Shown: in pieces, positions 1 to 10,908 of the stretch
Position numbering within the stretch: the stretch's first letter is position 1
How the letters are laid out: every line of letters starts with the position of its first letter
Assembly (NCBI GenBank): GCA_963575745.1
Contig: CAUYUJ010000290.1
Span: 1 to 64,000 of the forward strand
Length of the DNA stretch: 64,000 nucleotides
Reading direction: 5' to 3'
From: Prorocentrum cordatum
Taxonomy: Eukaryota
Made by a program: the position numbers and the translations under genes
Notes under the pieces: model-generated
Seen by the model: the letters and a program-made list of their open reading frames with translations, nothing else
Told to the model about the DNA's origin: nothing
The model's database searches: none

Positions 1-36
1 GTAGTAGTAGTAGTAGTAGTAGTCGTAGTAGTAGTC

Positions 37-97
<61 letters not shown>

Positions 98-212
98 CAG
101 TAGTAGTAGTAGTAGTAGCAGTAGTAGTCGTAGTAGTAGTAGTAGCAGTAGTTGTCGTCGTAGTAATTGTAGTAGCAACAATGCTAAGAGTGGTTTTCAC
201 AGAAGTAGTAGT

Positions 213-256
<44 letters not shown>

Positions 257-316
257 CGTAGTCGTAGTAGTAGTAGTAGTAGTAGTAGCAGCAGTAGCAG
301 TAGCAGTAGCAGTATC

Positions 317-369
<53 letters not shown>

Positions 370-370
370 C
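1..370. repeat. (GTA)n trinucleotide microsatellite
   Basis: Near-pure gtagtagta run. The complementary (CTA)n run follows at about 480-690. Confidence 0.97.
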
Positions 371-479
371 AACAGTCAGGGCAATAGTTGTAGTCGCATT
401 CGTAGTCGTAGTAGATGTAGGTGCAGTGCTATTCATATTTCTGCTTTTACCACTGACACTATCACTACGATTGCTACCA

Positions 480-572
480 CTCCTTCTACTGCTACTACTA
501 CTAGGACTACTACTGCTACTGCTGCTGCTGCTACCATTTCTGCGAACATCATTATTAGTTTTGCTACCACTC

Positions 573-654
<82 letters not shown>

Positions 655-690
655 GACTACTACTGCCACTACTTTTACTGCTACTACTAT
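480..690. repeat. (CTA)n microsatellite, inverted relative to 1-370
   Basis: ctactacta run. Confidence 0.93.
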
Positions 691-1676
691 TATAAGATGG
701 CACTTCTATTATTTCGGCGGCTACGACTATCATTTTTATTACAGTTGCTACTACTTTTACAACGAGTACGATGTCGACGGCGATAACAGCAACAACAACT
801 ACACCTACTACGGCTACCATTCCTATTGCCAGTGGGACCACCACCACCATTCCTACTACTGCTGCCGTTCCTACTGTTCATTATCATGCCTTTCCTCTTG
901 TGTTCTCCTCCCAGTCGTCCTCCTCGGTTGGTCATTCCGTCACTACGGGATGATTCATGACAGAGAGTAAGGAGTCAGCGATCGCGGCAGCGGGCAAGTC
1001 TCATCAGTTCAACAGCTGATCCCCTTTTTTGAAAGCGCATGGGGCCCTTCAAAGTCCCAGTCCTGCGCTGGAGTTAGTGGTGTGGAAGGCTTCGTTGGGC
1101 GGCACACGAGTCTGCAACAGGAAATCAAATCACCAACGCGTGCTTCCAATGCGCGGTGCAAGTTGTACAGTCGCTCATGGGTCTGCAAGACATAGGGGGA
1201 GCTCCGACGAACCGAACATACATTTTCACCCCCTTGTTGTGAGTTAGCGCGCCGTGCACACCCCAGGCGCAACATTCAGGCGACGCTGTTCAGCGAGAGT
1301 TGAGCGGTGCCGCATACACCACATCATAGCATGACAGCAGTTTAGCGAGACCATTCCCCTGAGGTACCCTACGCACCGTTTCGCTTGTCAGGGAAGATGG
1401 GGTGGTGCCATCGGATCAAACTGACATTCACTCCGGATTTCGTAGCAGGGTGCTACGGGATGCCAGGGGCATGGGGCAAGGTTCGGTATTCTGACCCAGC
1501 ACCCATCACGGGGGGGCCTGGGTTCTCCCCAGGTTGAGACGGATTCGCAATGAAGAGGCTTTTGAGCCAGGAAACGATCAAACAGAGAGGGGCACGTATC
1601 GGCCGCAGCCCCCCAGAGGCATCATTGCCCCAAGAGTCTGCACGTGGGCCCTGTCCTGGCACCGCCCATGGTCTCT

Positions 1677-1708
<32 letters not shown>

Positions 1709-1735
1709 CTCCTCCTCCTTCTCCTCTTAATCCTC

Positions 1736-1757
1736 TCCGTATCCATTCTGGCTCGAG
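1736..1757 (+). other. Relict dinoflagellate spliced leader upstream of the azoreductase ATG
   Basis: tccgtatccattctggctcgag matches DCCGTAGCCATTTTGGCTCAAG at 19/22. It ends 45 nt before ATG 1803. Confidence 0.85.
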
Positions 1758-1802
1758 CCGACCCCCGTGCGGCCGCGACGCCGCGCCCGGCGGCGCCGCG
1801 GC

Positions 1803-4800
1803 ATGGCGGGGATGTTCTCCGCCGAGCTGGCCTACCGGACTGTGGAGTTCGGAGGAGAGGCCGCTCTGCGCTCGGCGAGGCACGTGTTGCATCTGGACTG
1901 CTCCCACGGCCCCGCCTCGCTGGTGGCTCACGGCGCGGAGAGGCTCTTCGCGGAGCTGGGCAGGAGGCGGCCTGACCTGCACGTGGAGCACGTGCGCCTC
2001 TGGGAGGCTGGCACACGCTCGCGCATAGAGTACGGCCTGGAGCACGTGAGGTCCAAGATGGCGATGCTGGGGGGGGTGCACGAGCCCTGTGTGGTCCTTC
2101 ACGGGGGCCTCAGAGGTTCCCAGAAGTCCTTGCGGTTTGGGGGATTTCGTCCAGACTTCGTCGGATTTGATTGACATTTGGGCGAAGCATGGACGAATTT
2201 CGACGAAATCTGAACGACATCTGGATGAAAGGGTGAAGAGAGGTGGTCGAATTCCGGACGAACTCCAGTCGAAATCACGTGTTGATAGGGCTGCGGAGGT
2301 CCAGAGAAGTTCCCATGAAGGCTCACCCAGCGAGCCTGGTGACCTGCGGCGCTTCGCGGCCATCGAGGAGCTGGCCGCCCAGGTCGCGACCGCCCGGGGG
2401 CTGGTCGTTTCTGCGCCGATGTGGAATTACTCTGTGCCGTGGGTCCTGAAGCAGTACTTCTCGGCGGCGCGGCGTGGGGGAAAGCCGGCGGCGAAATCCG
2501 AACCCCACCCTCGCCGATTAACGATTCAGGCAACTCGATGGGCGGCGGGGATATGGTTCGGAATTTGTCGAAAACGTGGCGAAATCCGAACCCTAACCCC
2601 GCCTCGCATCGATTCAGGAGAATCCATGGTTGGTGGGGGTAGGGTTCGGATATCGTCACCTGGGAAGTGAGAGGGGGCAGGCCTTCTCAGAAGGCTGCCA
2701 GGCTTCTCAGAAGCCCTCGCGCCTTCCGAGAAGCTGTCCCTGTTTTCGGAGAAGGCTTAGACAACTTGTCAGAAGGCTGGAGGCCTTCCGAGCCTTCTGA
2801 GAAGGCCCGCCCCCTCTGACTTCCTCCCTGGGCTCGCCGCCGAATTTCGACTGCGTTCTGCACCCGGGCCTCACCTTCCGCGAGACGCCCGCGGGGCCCC
2901 TGGGGCTGCTCGGCGGGGGCCGCCCCGTTGTCATCGTGACGTCCTCTGGCGGGGCGGGGGGCAAGGACTACCTGGTGCCGTGGCTCAGGGACGTGGCGGG
3001 GATGATGGGCTTCGACGACGCCACCATCCAGGGCGACGATATCTATACCTCTCCACCGCCCTTGGCCTGGCCCATCCCTGAGGGGCCCAGGAGCTGTACA
3101 CATGCGACCCTGGCCAAGCCAGGGGGGCGTACACACCGCAACCGGGGTCAGTATGTGCCTAGGCCAGGGGCAGTGGACTTGTACCCAGACGTGCGATGTC
3201 CTGTTTGTTCTGGTATGGAGCGCCCGGACGTTCCGACCCTCTCCCTGGGGCCAGTTTTTCATCTTCAGTATACTCAGGATTACTCAGGATGAAAAACCGG
3301 TCTCAGGGACCGTATAGCCAACAAGTTCCAGTTTTTGTTCACGGTCCCTGGGCCCGTCGAGGGCCCCGGAGGCCGGAGAAGGCCAAACACCTCCCGTCCT
3401 GCTCTTTGCCACGACGCGAGCCTGTCTCGGTTCAGACCTCGCCGCCCTGCCGTCGTGGCCGCGCCGAACGCCGCGCACGCGGACCGCGCCGCTTTGCTCG
3501 AGGAGGTGGCCGCCGCGGCGGCCCGGGCCGCGGAGGCCCTTGGCGGCCCGGGCCGCGCGGCCGAGGCCGCGGCCCGGGTGGCGGCCGCCGCCGGGCACGC
3601 CCGCGGCGAGGAGGGCCCACCTGTGGAGGAGTGGCCGGGCATGCGCAAGATCGGCGGCGCGCCGGGGGTGAGCCGGGAGGTGGGGCGAGGAGGCGAGGCG
3701 GGCCTCCGAGGGGCGGCGGGGCCTCTCAGAAGGCCTCGCGCCGCTGAGGTTTTCTGTAGATGGCCTGGGAAGCTAATCAGAAGGCCAGAGGCCTCCCGAG
3801 CCTTCTGAGAAAGCGCACTCCTTCTGAGGAGTGCCGGCCACGCGTAAGATCGACGAAGAAACAGTTGCATAAGCATAGACTGTCGGGGCTCCGCGCGGAT
3901 TTCTTGGATCGGCGTTGGGCCTCCCTGGCGGCGCCTCCAGCGCCGCCCGTGGTGCGCTCCGTGCGCCAGGGAGGGGGTCCAGCGTGGATCCAAGAAAATC
4001 ACCCCAGACCCCCAACAGTTTAGTTATGTCTGTACCGTGTTTGCTTCCTCAAGATCGCATCGTACGACGCAAATTCATTCGTCAGGTCAGTGGTTTGCAA
4101 TTCCGACAGCACGCCTAAACAATGAGCTTACCAGAGACTCAGAGGCCGCCCCTCGACAGCAATGGGCGCAGTCAGTATACTACTTGGAGTAAAGGCTGAT
4201 TTGATCCTCCTCGTGGTCATCTACCATCTTCAACTCAGCGCCGGCGTTTGGCCGTGCTCTCTCGCCTGTCGCCGCTCTCCACAGCGTTTGGCTGTTCGTT
4301 TGCTTTGTCTACAGTACGCGTCCTCTCGGATGCAAGGCTGCTGTACTATACGGTACTGATAAGAGCGACCCTTCAACGGAGTGGCCTTCGGTGCGGGCCC
4401 ACCGGGGCCCCCCTGGCAGTGGCTTGCGCGCGTGGATCGGTCCCCCACGCGGCCCCCTGAAGCCGCGCACCAAAGGTCCCTTTTGCCTCTTGCCCAGGGC
4501 CGCTCTTGCGTGGAGGCGACGTGGGGCTCACGCAAGGGGGACCAGCGCTGATGGTGGTCAGCCCCCCCCCCCTCCGAGGTCCTCTGGCTGACCCAGGTTT
4601 GGGAGCCACCCGGAACCGGCCCGCGCTCCCCCGCCTTCCACTGGCCGGGGTCTGGGAGCCACTTCGTGGCCCTGGCCTGGGCTCGCCGCGTGGCCCTGGC
4701 CGACCCAGGCTCGCGCTGCCCCGGGTCATTGCGTTAGTGCGCCCCGAGAGGAGTGGGACTGCGAGCGCGTCCTCCAGTGGCTGCGCGCCCAGGGGGGCCT

Positions 4801-4981
4801 GAGCGCGGACGCGCTGGAGTCCATGGAGGCGGTCGGGGTGAGCGGGGAGCTGCTCCTCGGGGCGTCGGAGGACGATTGGCGCGAGGAGGAGCTGGGCCTG
4901 GAGGAGGCCGACGTGGCGCGCGCGGTGGAGCTGCAGGGAAGATTCCGCGCCCTCGCCGAGGGCGGTGCCGGCGCTGGCTGA
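1803..4981 (+). CDS. FMN-dependent NADH-azoreductase / flavodoxin-2-fold protein with C-terminal SAM-like domain. Exons approx 1803-2086, 2337-2460, 2849-3028, 3455-3628, 4751-4981 (993 nt, 330 aa).
   Basis: Joined exons read through in frame: HVLHLDCSH... APMWNYSVPWVLKQYF|DCVLHPGLTFRETPAGPLGLL... VVIVTSSGG... DYLVPWLRDVAGMMGFDD, which matches the AzoR/AcpD signature PMWNxSxPxxLKxYFDxxxxxGxTF. The last exon EEWDCERVLQWL...GVSGELLLGASEDDWREEELGL is SAM-like. Stop TGA at 4979-4981. Confidence 0.85.
2087..2336 (+). other. Intron 1 (250 nt) with terminal inverted repeat and direct repeat
   Basis: Direct repeat cgagcc at 2081-2086 and 2331-2336. Inverted repeat ctgtgtggtccttcacggg (2087-2105) vs cccatgaaggctcacccag (2312-2330), 15/19. 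Confidence 0.7.
2461..2848 (+). other. Intron 2 (388 nt), non-canonical, IR+DR bounded
   Basis: Direct repeat acttc (2456-2460) / atttc (2844-2848). Perfect 9-bp inverted repeat tcggcggcg (2461-2469) / cgccgccga (2835-2843). Removal restores LKQYF|DCV. Confidence 0.8.
3029..3454 (+). other. Intron 3 (426 nt), non-canonical, IR+DR bounded
   Basis: Direct repeat ccatc (3024-3028) / ccgtc (3450-3454). Inverted repeat cagggcgacga / tcgccgccctg, 10/11, extending to 16/21. Confidence 0.75.
3629..4750 (+). other. Intron 4 (1122 nt), GA-AG type within a 9-bp direct repeat
   Basis: gaggagtgg at 3626-3634 and 4748-4756. An AG|GA donor and AG|G acceptor are possible and keep the frame. Confidence 0.75.
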
Positions 4982-5186
4982 GCCGCGGCCCTCGCGCGCG
5001 CGCGAGCGGCCGAAGGCGCAGGCCTGCGCCAGACGTTTGACCGCGGCGTAGGCGCTGGGCGTTGGGCACGGAGAGAACGGGAACACGGAAGGATCGGTAG
5101 AATGAGAGCTGGAGTCCGATGGAGAGCAACGGGTTCCTCTATTTTCTGTCTCTTTCTAGATCTAGTGGTCTGATGGCCTTCGGCCC

Positions 5187-5995
5187 ATCCGCCACCGTGC
5201 CGTGGTTGTGGGTCAGAGTTCTCGGGGATGCTTCTTGGGGTCCCTTCGGAGCGCTCTCGGGGGCCTCTTGGGAGCAGTTTTGGGGTCTCTTGGGAGCCTC
5301 TGTGGGGTCCTCTGGGGGGCATCTTGGGGCCTTTTGGGGGTCTCTTGGGGGCTCTTGGTGGCCTCTTGGGGCCTCCTGGGGGCCCGGGGCCAAGGGCTCG
5401 AAATTTCCGTTCCGGTCCCCCATCTGGGCCCCCTCTTGGAGCCGTCTTTGGGGCCTCTTGGGCCGTCTTGGGCGCCTCTTGGGCTGTCTCGGGGTCCTCT
5501 TGGGCCGTTCTGGGGCCCTCTTGGAGGCCTCTTGGGCCGTCTTGGGGCGATCCTGGAGGCCTCTAGGGCCGTCTGGGAGCGTCGGGAAACCGAAAAGGCG
5601 AGAACGCCCAAACCCTTCAAACACCTCTGGAAAATACATGTTTTTGGCTTCTCGTGAGGCTTCTCGGAGGCCTTTCTGGGTGTCTTGGAGGCCTCTTGGG
5701 CCGTCTGGGGGCCATCTTGAGCGTCTTGGGGCGATCGTTCGGCGACTCTAGGCCCTCTTGGACCGTCTTCGGGGCCTCCTGGGGCCCTCCTGCCCCGTCC
5801 TGGGGCCTTCTTGGCCCGAAAAAGTCATGCGACAAGCCGCGACGGGTCCCAAGGGGCACGTGGGAAGCCTAAGGAGATTTGGCAATTTTGGCTCCGGGCC
5901 CCGTAAATATTTCTCAGGAGTGAGGACAGGCTTAAAGGATTAGGCAAAGGACCTGAGGACACGTCCACCCCGTGCCAAGCGGCACAGTGGTGGAT
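5187..5995. mobile_element. MITE-like non-autonomous element filled with degenerate ggggcctcttgg repeats
   Basis: Terminal IR atccgccaccgtgccg (5187-5202) / cggcacagtggtggat (5980-5995), 14/16. The interior repeat family recurs at about 27280-27810 and, complemented, at 49700-50150. Confidence 0.55.
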
Positions 5996-6357
5996 CTCTT
6001 ATATAGGCATAAATGTACCTACCTACATGTGCTACACCGCATCGAATACTACAACACGCTGCACACCACGCATCAAACACCACCACTCCAGAGGGGCAGA
6101 TCTAATGTCAGATGTGTGTGTGTGTGTGCGTGTGTGTCGTCGCCGTCTCTGCTTCCAGGCAGTCCTTGGCCTCCTCGTAGCTCCACTCTACTCTCTCGTT
6201 CCCCCTGCCTTCCTGGGTCGGTTGGCTTTGGGCACCTTCCACATCACCGTAGTCTCGTCCTTCCACTGTTCCTCTTCGCCATCCACGCCCGGATTAGTTT
6301 AGCTTGCAGGTCGGCCTTGGCCTTCTTGTCGTTCCACTCTGCTTTCTCGCCCCCCAT

Positions 6358-6699
6358 GAGATTGTTTTTTTATCCTCTGGGGGGTAACGCTCGTTACCCG
6401 GGCCTCTCCCCCCCCCCCCCCCCCCGTAACGGTACCGCTCGTGCGCGGGGGGGGTCTCGGTCTTCCCCTCCAACATGCTGGTGCCCGAAGGCATGCGCAC
6501 TGTGGTGTGGTGGTCGCAGGCGCACTGTGGGCGCTCGCAGGCCATTGCGGCGCTCGCATGCGCGATGCTGGTGCTTGCGGGCTTTGCGCTTGTACTCGAA
6601 TCGTCGTCGTCGTCGTCGACGGCGCCCGAAAAACGGCCTCCGGAGTCCGACAAAGGCACAAAAACAACGTCGTCGTCGTCGTCGTCGTCGTCCTCGTTG

Positions 6700-6751
<52 letters not shown>

Positions 6752-6881
6752 CGGCGCCCGAAAAACGGCCTCCGGAGTCCGAAAAAGGCGAAAAACGTTG
6801 TCGTCGTCGTCGTCGTCGTCGTCCATCGTCGTCGTCGACGGCGCCCGAAAACGGCCTCCGGAGGGCGAAACAGGCGAAAAA

Positions 6882-6935
<54 letters not shown>

Positions 6936-7275
6936 CGGCGCTCGAAAACGGCCTCCGGAGGCCGAAACAGGCGGCAAACGTCGTCGTCGTCGTCGTCGAC
7001 CTCGTCGCTCGTCGCTCGTCGATCATCGTCGTCGCGCGCGCGGGCGCGGGCGTGGTGCCGGGACCACGCGGCGGGCTTTGCGCTTGTACTCGAATCGCAA
7101 GCCACTGTGGTGCTCTCAGGCAGAGAGTGCTGCTCGCGCGCATACTATGGCGATCGCAGAGCGCCCCTGCCTCGCCATACCCCGCCCAGCCCAAGCGTTA
7201 CCGTTACCCGAGGGGCACGACCCCCCCCCCCCCCCGGGTAACGAGCGTTATCGGCCAGAATAAAAAAACAATCTC
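6358..7275. mobile_element. MITE with long TIRs and 3-bp CAT target duplication
   Basis: TIR gagattgtttttttat / ataaaaaaacaatctc plus a perfect sub-terminal IR taacgctcgttacccggg / cccgggtaacgagcgtta. CAT at 6355-6357 and 7276-7278. It splits one unit of a roughly 150-bp tandem duplication that resumes exactly across the site. Confidence 0.85.
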
Positions 7276-8677
7276 CATGCCTTCCAGTCCCAGTTGGCTT
7301 TTGGCACCTCCAATCTAAGCGTAGTCTCTTCCTCCCAGCGTTCCCACCCGCCATCCATGCCCGGATGGTTATGTCTGCTGTCGGCCTGGAGACCCTGAGT
7401 GGTCTTTGAGTGCTCGGGTGGGCTTACACGCGCGCGCGCAATTAGTTGATCTCCGACCTTCTATGTCCCGTCGCTGCGCGCAGGGCGGCGACGCCAAAGT
7501 GTGTGTGTGTGTGTGTGTGCGCGGGGGGGTGACGCACCGAGTCCTGCCTCCCACAGCTTGTCCGTATAGATATTATTCTGCCCCTCCGAATATGTCCAAT
7601 GGGCACTGCGATTTCTCTCTCTCTCTATCTCTCTCATTTTTTTGTTCTCTCTCTCCCTCTCTCTCTCTCTCGTCAGCTGGCATTCTCCACACAGTGCTTG
7701 CACTCAGGGTTCCTGGCTTATTTTCAGGAACTGGGTCTGGCTGGCGGTCTGGCGGCTCCGTGCTCGCCGTCGCCGCCCTGTCGCCGCCTCGTCGCCGCCC
7801 GTCGTCTGGGCCTGGTTGGCGGTCTGGTGGCTCTGTGTTCGCCGTCCCCGCCCCGTCGCCTTCTCGTCGCTGCCCTTCGTCTTGGCCTGGCTTGCGGTCT
7901 GGCGGCTCCGTGCTCGCCGTCGCCACTCCGTCGTCGCCGTCGCCGCCCCGTCGTCGTCTCGCATAGATAGCATCGCATAGAGTGCACCGCGTATATTTGT
8001 TTTTTTTTTTTTTGTTTGAAAGAACATGGACTCTAATCCCCCCGGCTTTATTGTTATATTTTTTGTGTTGCAATTTTCATATGATTCTGCCCCATCGTTC
8101 ATCTTGAATATGAATTCGTTCCATCCTTGCCCAGCTAGTATCGACCCCCCCCGCCATCCTCTGCAAAACATGCTATGCGCGCGCACTCGTTTGTCACAGT
8201 TCATCAATTTCCAAGAACCTCTTGCACAATAGTGAGACGAACTGCACACGCGCGCGTCGTCGCGCGCGCATGCCGAAATCTGTCAAAAACCTTCGGTGTC
8301 GGACGGATGTCAAAACCGAGTGTCAAAAAACAGTAATATATGGTCGAGAGTTTGGCCTCCCCCCCCCCCAATGCTAATGCCATCGGCCCCCCCCCCCCCG
8401 CGCGATGCCCCCCCCCTGTGGGCGTGGGCTTGGCGTGGTGGTTCCCCCCCTCCCCCTTGTGGATGTGGTGTGGGTGTGGTGTGTTGCTGTGGGTGTGTGC
8501 GGGGTGACGCCATGGTCCTCCTCCCCCCCTCTCTCCCCCCCTGTTGGTGCGGTGTGGGTGCGGCGTGTGGCTGGGGTTGGCGTCATGTTGACAGCTCCGG
8601 TGCTCGACGTCGTCGCCGCCGCCGCTGGTGGTGCCATCGACGTCGTCGTCGTTGTCGTCGTCGTTGTCGTTGTCGTT

Positions 8678-8724
<47 letters not shown>

Positions 8725-8776
8725 TGTCGGTGTCGTCGTCGTCGTCGTCGTTTTCGTCGTCGTCGTCGTCGTCGTT

Positions 8777-8807
<31 letters not shown>

Positions 8808-8810
8808 TTG

Positions 8811-8869
<59 letters not shown>

Positions 8870-8985
8870 CTCTTCCTCCTCCTCCTCCTCCTCCTCCTCC
8901 TCCTCGTCCCCTTCCAGGGGGGGGGCCTGAGGACCCTGGGACCCATCCCATCTGGGGAGGGGGGCCCGAGGACCAGGAGCCCGCG

Positions 8986-9038
<53 letters not shown>

Positions 9039-9693
9039 ACACACATGGTTTCGCAACACGGACTTCCAAAACCTAGAAAAACGTGCGCGCGTTCTTGCGA
9101 ATTCTTGGGGAGCCCATCGGGTTTTCAACGGTTCCAAAAAATACCACCAGAGGGATTTCGTGCGCGCATATGGAATTTGTTCGAACGCCCTTGTGCGCGT
9201 GCCGTCGCGAGAACCCTTTGTAACAAATGGGACGAAGCGCGCGCGCGTCGTCGCGCGCGCGTGCTGGAATCCTTCAACATCTTTCAAAATCTTTCAAAAT
9301 CTTTCAAAATCTTTCAAAATCTTTCAAAACCTTTCAAAATCCTTCAGAATCTCTGTGCATTTTTCATGGATTTCTGCCAAACGGACCTCTGGCGCCGCAT
9401 GCCGACATCATTCGCGCGCCATTGCGCGCGTGCTGGGGGGGCACGATCGGTGTCAAATATAACCGTGCGGGCCAATCTCGCGCGTCGGCCGCGCGTGTAT
9501 GTCGAATTCCTTCCAAAAACTTCATCGCCGACGCGAGGGCGCCGTCATCGTCGCCGGCGCGATCGGCATCGGCGCCCGCGCTGGCCGCGCCTTCGTTGGT
9601 CCGAACATCGCCGCCAGCATCGCCATTGTAATCGCCGCGTCACCGTAGTCGGCGTTGCCGTGATACCGCGCCCGCCCAAGTCGCCGACTCGCA

Positions 9694-10908
9694 GTGAAGT
9701 GCCCGCTGGCTCAAGGCTCAAGTTGGCTCAAGTGCTTCCTTTCTTACCCGGCCAGACGATCCGGGCAAGCCACACGATCCGCATACCCTACCTTGTCTTT
9801 CTTCTTTCTGTCTCCAGCGGCGAAAAGGTATGACACGGGAACCCCGATCGGAGGCGAGCGTAAGCAAGCTCGCTATGACTCACTTTTGGATCAGATGGAC
9901 GGCGACGGCGTGGATGGCGCTGAGAAGTCACCGAAGTCACCCATCCGGCAGCCAGACTTCAGCCAGGCAGCAGAAGGGACGGGGGATGAGGGTTCGACTG
10001 ATCTCGACAGCGTTGACTCAGACATGAAGTTCATGATGACGAACATGATGGGAATGATGACGAAGATGACGAAGGACATGAATGCATTGAGGACGGGGGT
10101 GGAGGAGGCGAAAACCAAAGCGCAGCAGGCCGTAGACATTGCTAAGGGGACGGAGGCGAAGGTAGTGGAGATGCAGGAGAAGATGATCACCAGGGACACG
10201 GTACAGAGCATGATCGACACATCCATCCCTGAGTTTCAGAAGGCCGCGATGACCAAAGACGACGTGCAGACAATTATCGATGAGACGTTGTCCCGGTGTT
10301 CGACCCCACGCACGGCGAGGTCAGCGACAGCTTCTTTCATGTCGGCGGCAGTTGTCGGCAGCGTCCCCAACGCCGATACCTTCGAGAAAGCGGTGCAGTG
10401 GGCTACCGATTTATGCCGTGATCATTGTCTTCCCCCACCTGCAGCGCAGGACATGTATTTCAAAACGGCCTTCAAGGGCATCAAGTTCTCTTCGGATGAG
10501 GTTCGCCAGAAGTTTTTGGACATTGTGGAGGGGCGCTCGAAGTCGTCCCCGAGCCCGGCCGCGGTGCGGGCGAAACTTGACCTACCGATTCACATTCGTA
10601 CTCAGCACAGCGTGTTGTTCGGAATACGGCGCTTGCTCTCACAGTGGGGGTACAGCAAAGCTTGCGTCAAAGTGCGCGCGGAGAGCTCGACGATCCAGGT
10701 GGCGGGCTCCGCGGTCGCGAAGGTCGTGGCCAAAGACTTCCAGTTGAAAGTGGGGTGGCTGGACAAGGAATGGGTCGCCTGGCCGGCGCTACAGACGGCG
10801 CCGGAGCTTTCCGAGATTCCGACGAAAACCCAGGACAAGCTTGCCAGTGCGAAGGTTTTCAGCCTCAACAAGGGCAAGGGCAAAGGGCCTGCCCCTGCCT
10901 CCCATTAG
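9694..10908 (+). CDS. LINE ORF1-like protein (coiled coil, RRM-like core, KGKGKG tail); no ORF2 follows, probably truncated element
   Basis: 404-codon open frame. Met-rich heptad segment MKFMMTNMMGMMTKMTKDMNALRTGVEEAK; AVVGSVP...KFSSDEVRQKFL; AKLDLPIHIR..L motif as in L1-type ORF1 C-terminal domains. The true start is uncertain. Confidence 0.5.
   Translation: MKCPLAQGSSWLKCFLSYPARRSGQATRSAYPTLSFFFLSPAAKRYDTGTPIGGERKQARYDSLLDQMDGDGVDGAEKSPKSPIRQPDFSQAAEGTGDEGSTDLDSVDSDMKFMMTNMMGMMTKMTKDMNALRTGVEEAKTKAQQAVDIAKGTEAKVVEMQEKMITRDTVQSMIDTSIPEFQKAAMTKDDVQTIIDETLSRCSTPRTARSATASFMSAAVVGSVPNADTFEKAVQWATDLCRDHCLPPPAAQDMYFKTAFKGIKFSSDEVRQKFLDIVEGRSKSSPSPAAVRAKLDLPIHIRTQHSVLFGIRRLLSQWGYSKACVKVRAESSTIQVAGSAVAKVVAKDFQLKVGWLDKEWVAWPALQTAPELSEIPTKTQDKLASAKVFSLNKGKGKGPAPASH
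9707..9732 (+). other. Three tandem spliced-leader 3-prime-end relics
   Basis: tggctcaag-gctcaag-ttggctcaag, each equal to the 3-prime end of DinoSL (TTTTGGCTCAAG). Confidence 0.7.

Noticed and set aside
184..953. Poly-Leu/Val/Thr/Ser ORFs here and similar ones at 6000-9000, 12600-13700, 15450-17140, 28190-28800, 31260-32630 and 50310-50970
   Set aside because: These are translations of microsatellites with no coding evidence
3026..3454. Euglenid-type intron geometry (CAG at +4, CTG at -8) for intron 3
   Set aside because: It fits intron 3 only. The same geometry in intron 2 would delete the conserved Phe of LKQYFD.
5119..5943. ORFs of 130-210 aa in the ggggcctcttgg repeat regions (also 26984-27954)
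   Set aside because: They derive from a degenerate short-period repeat and are open in many frames
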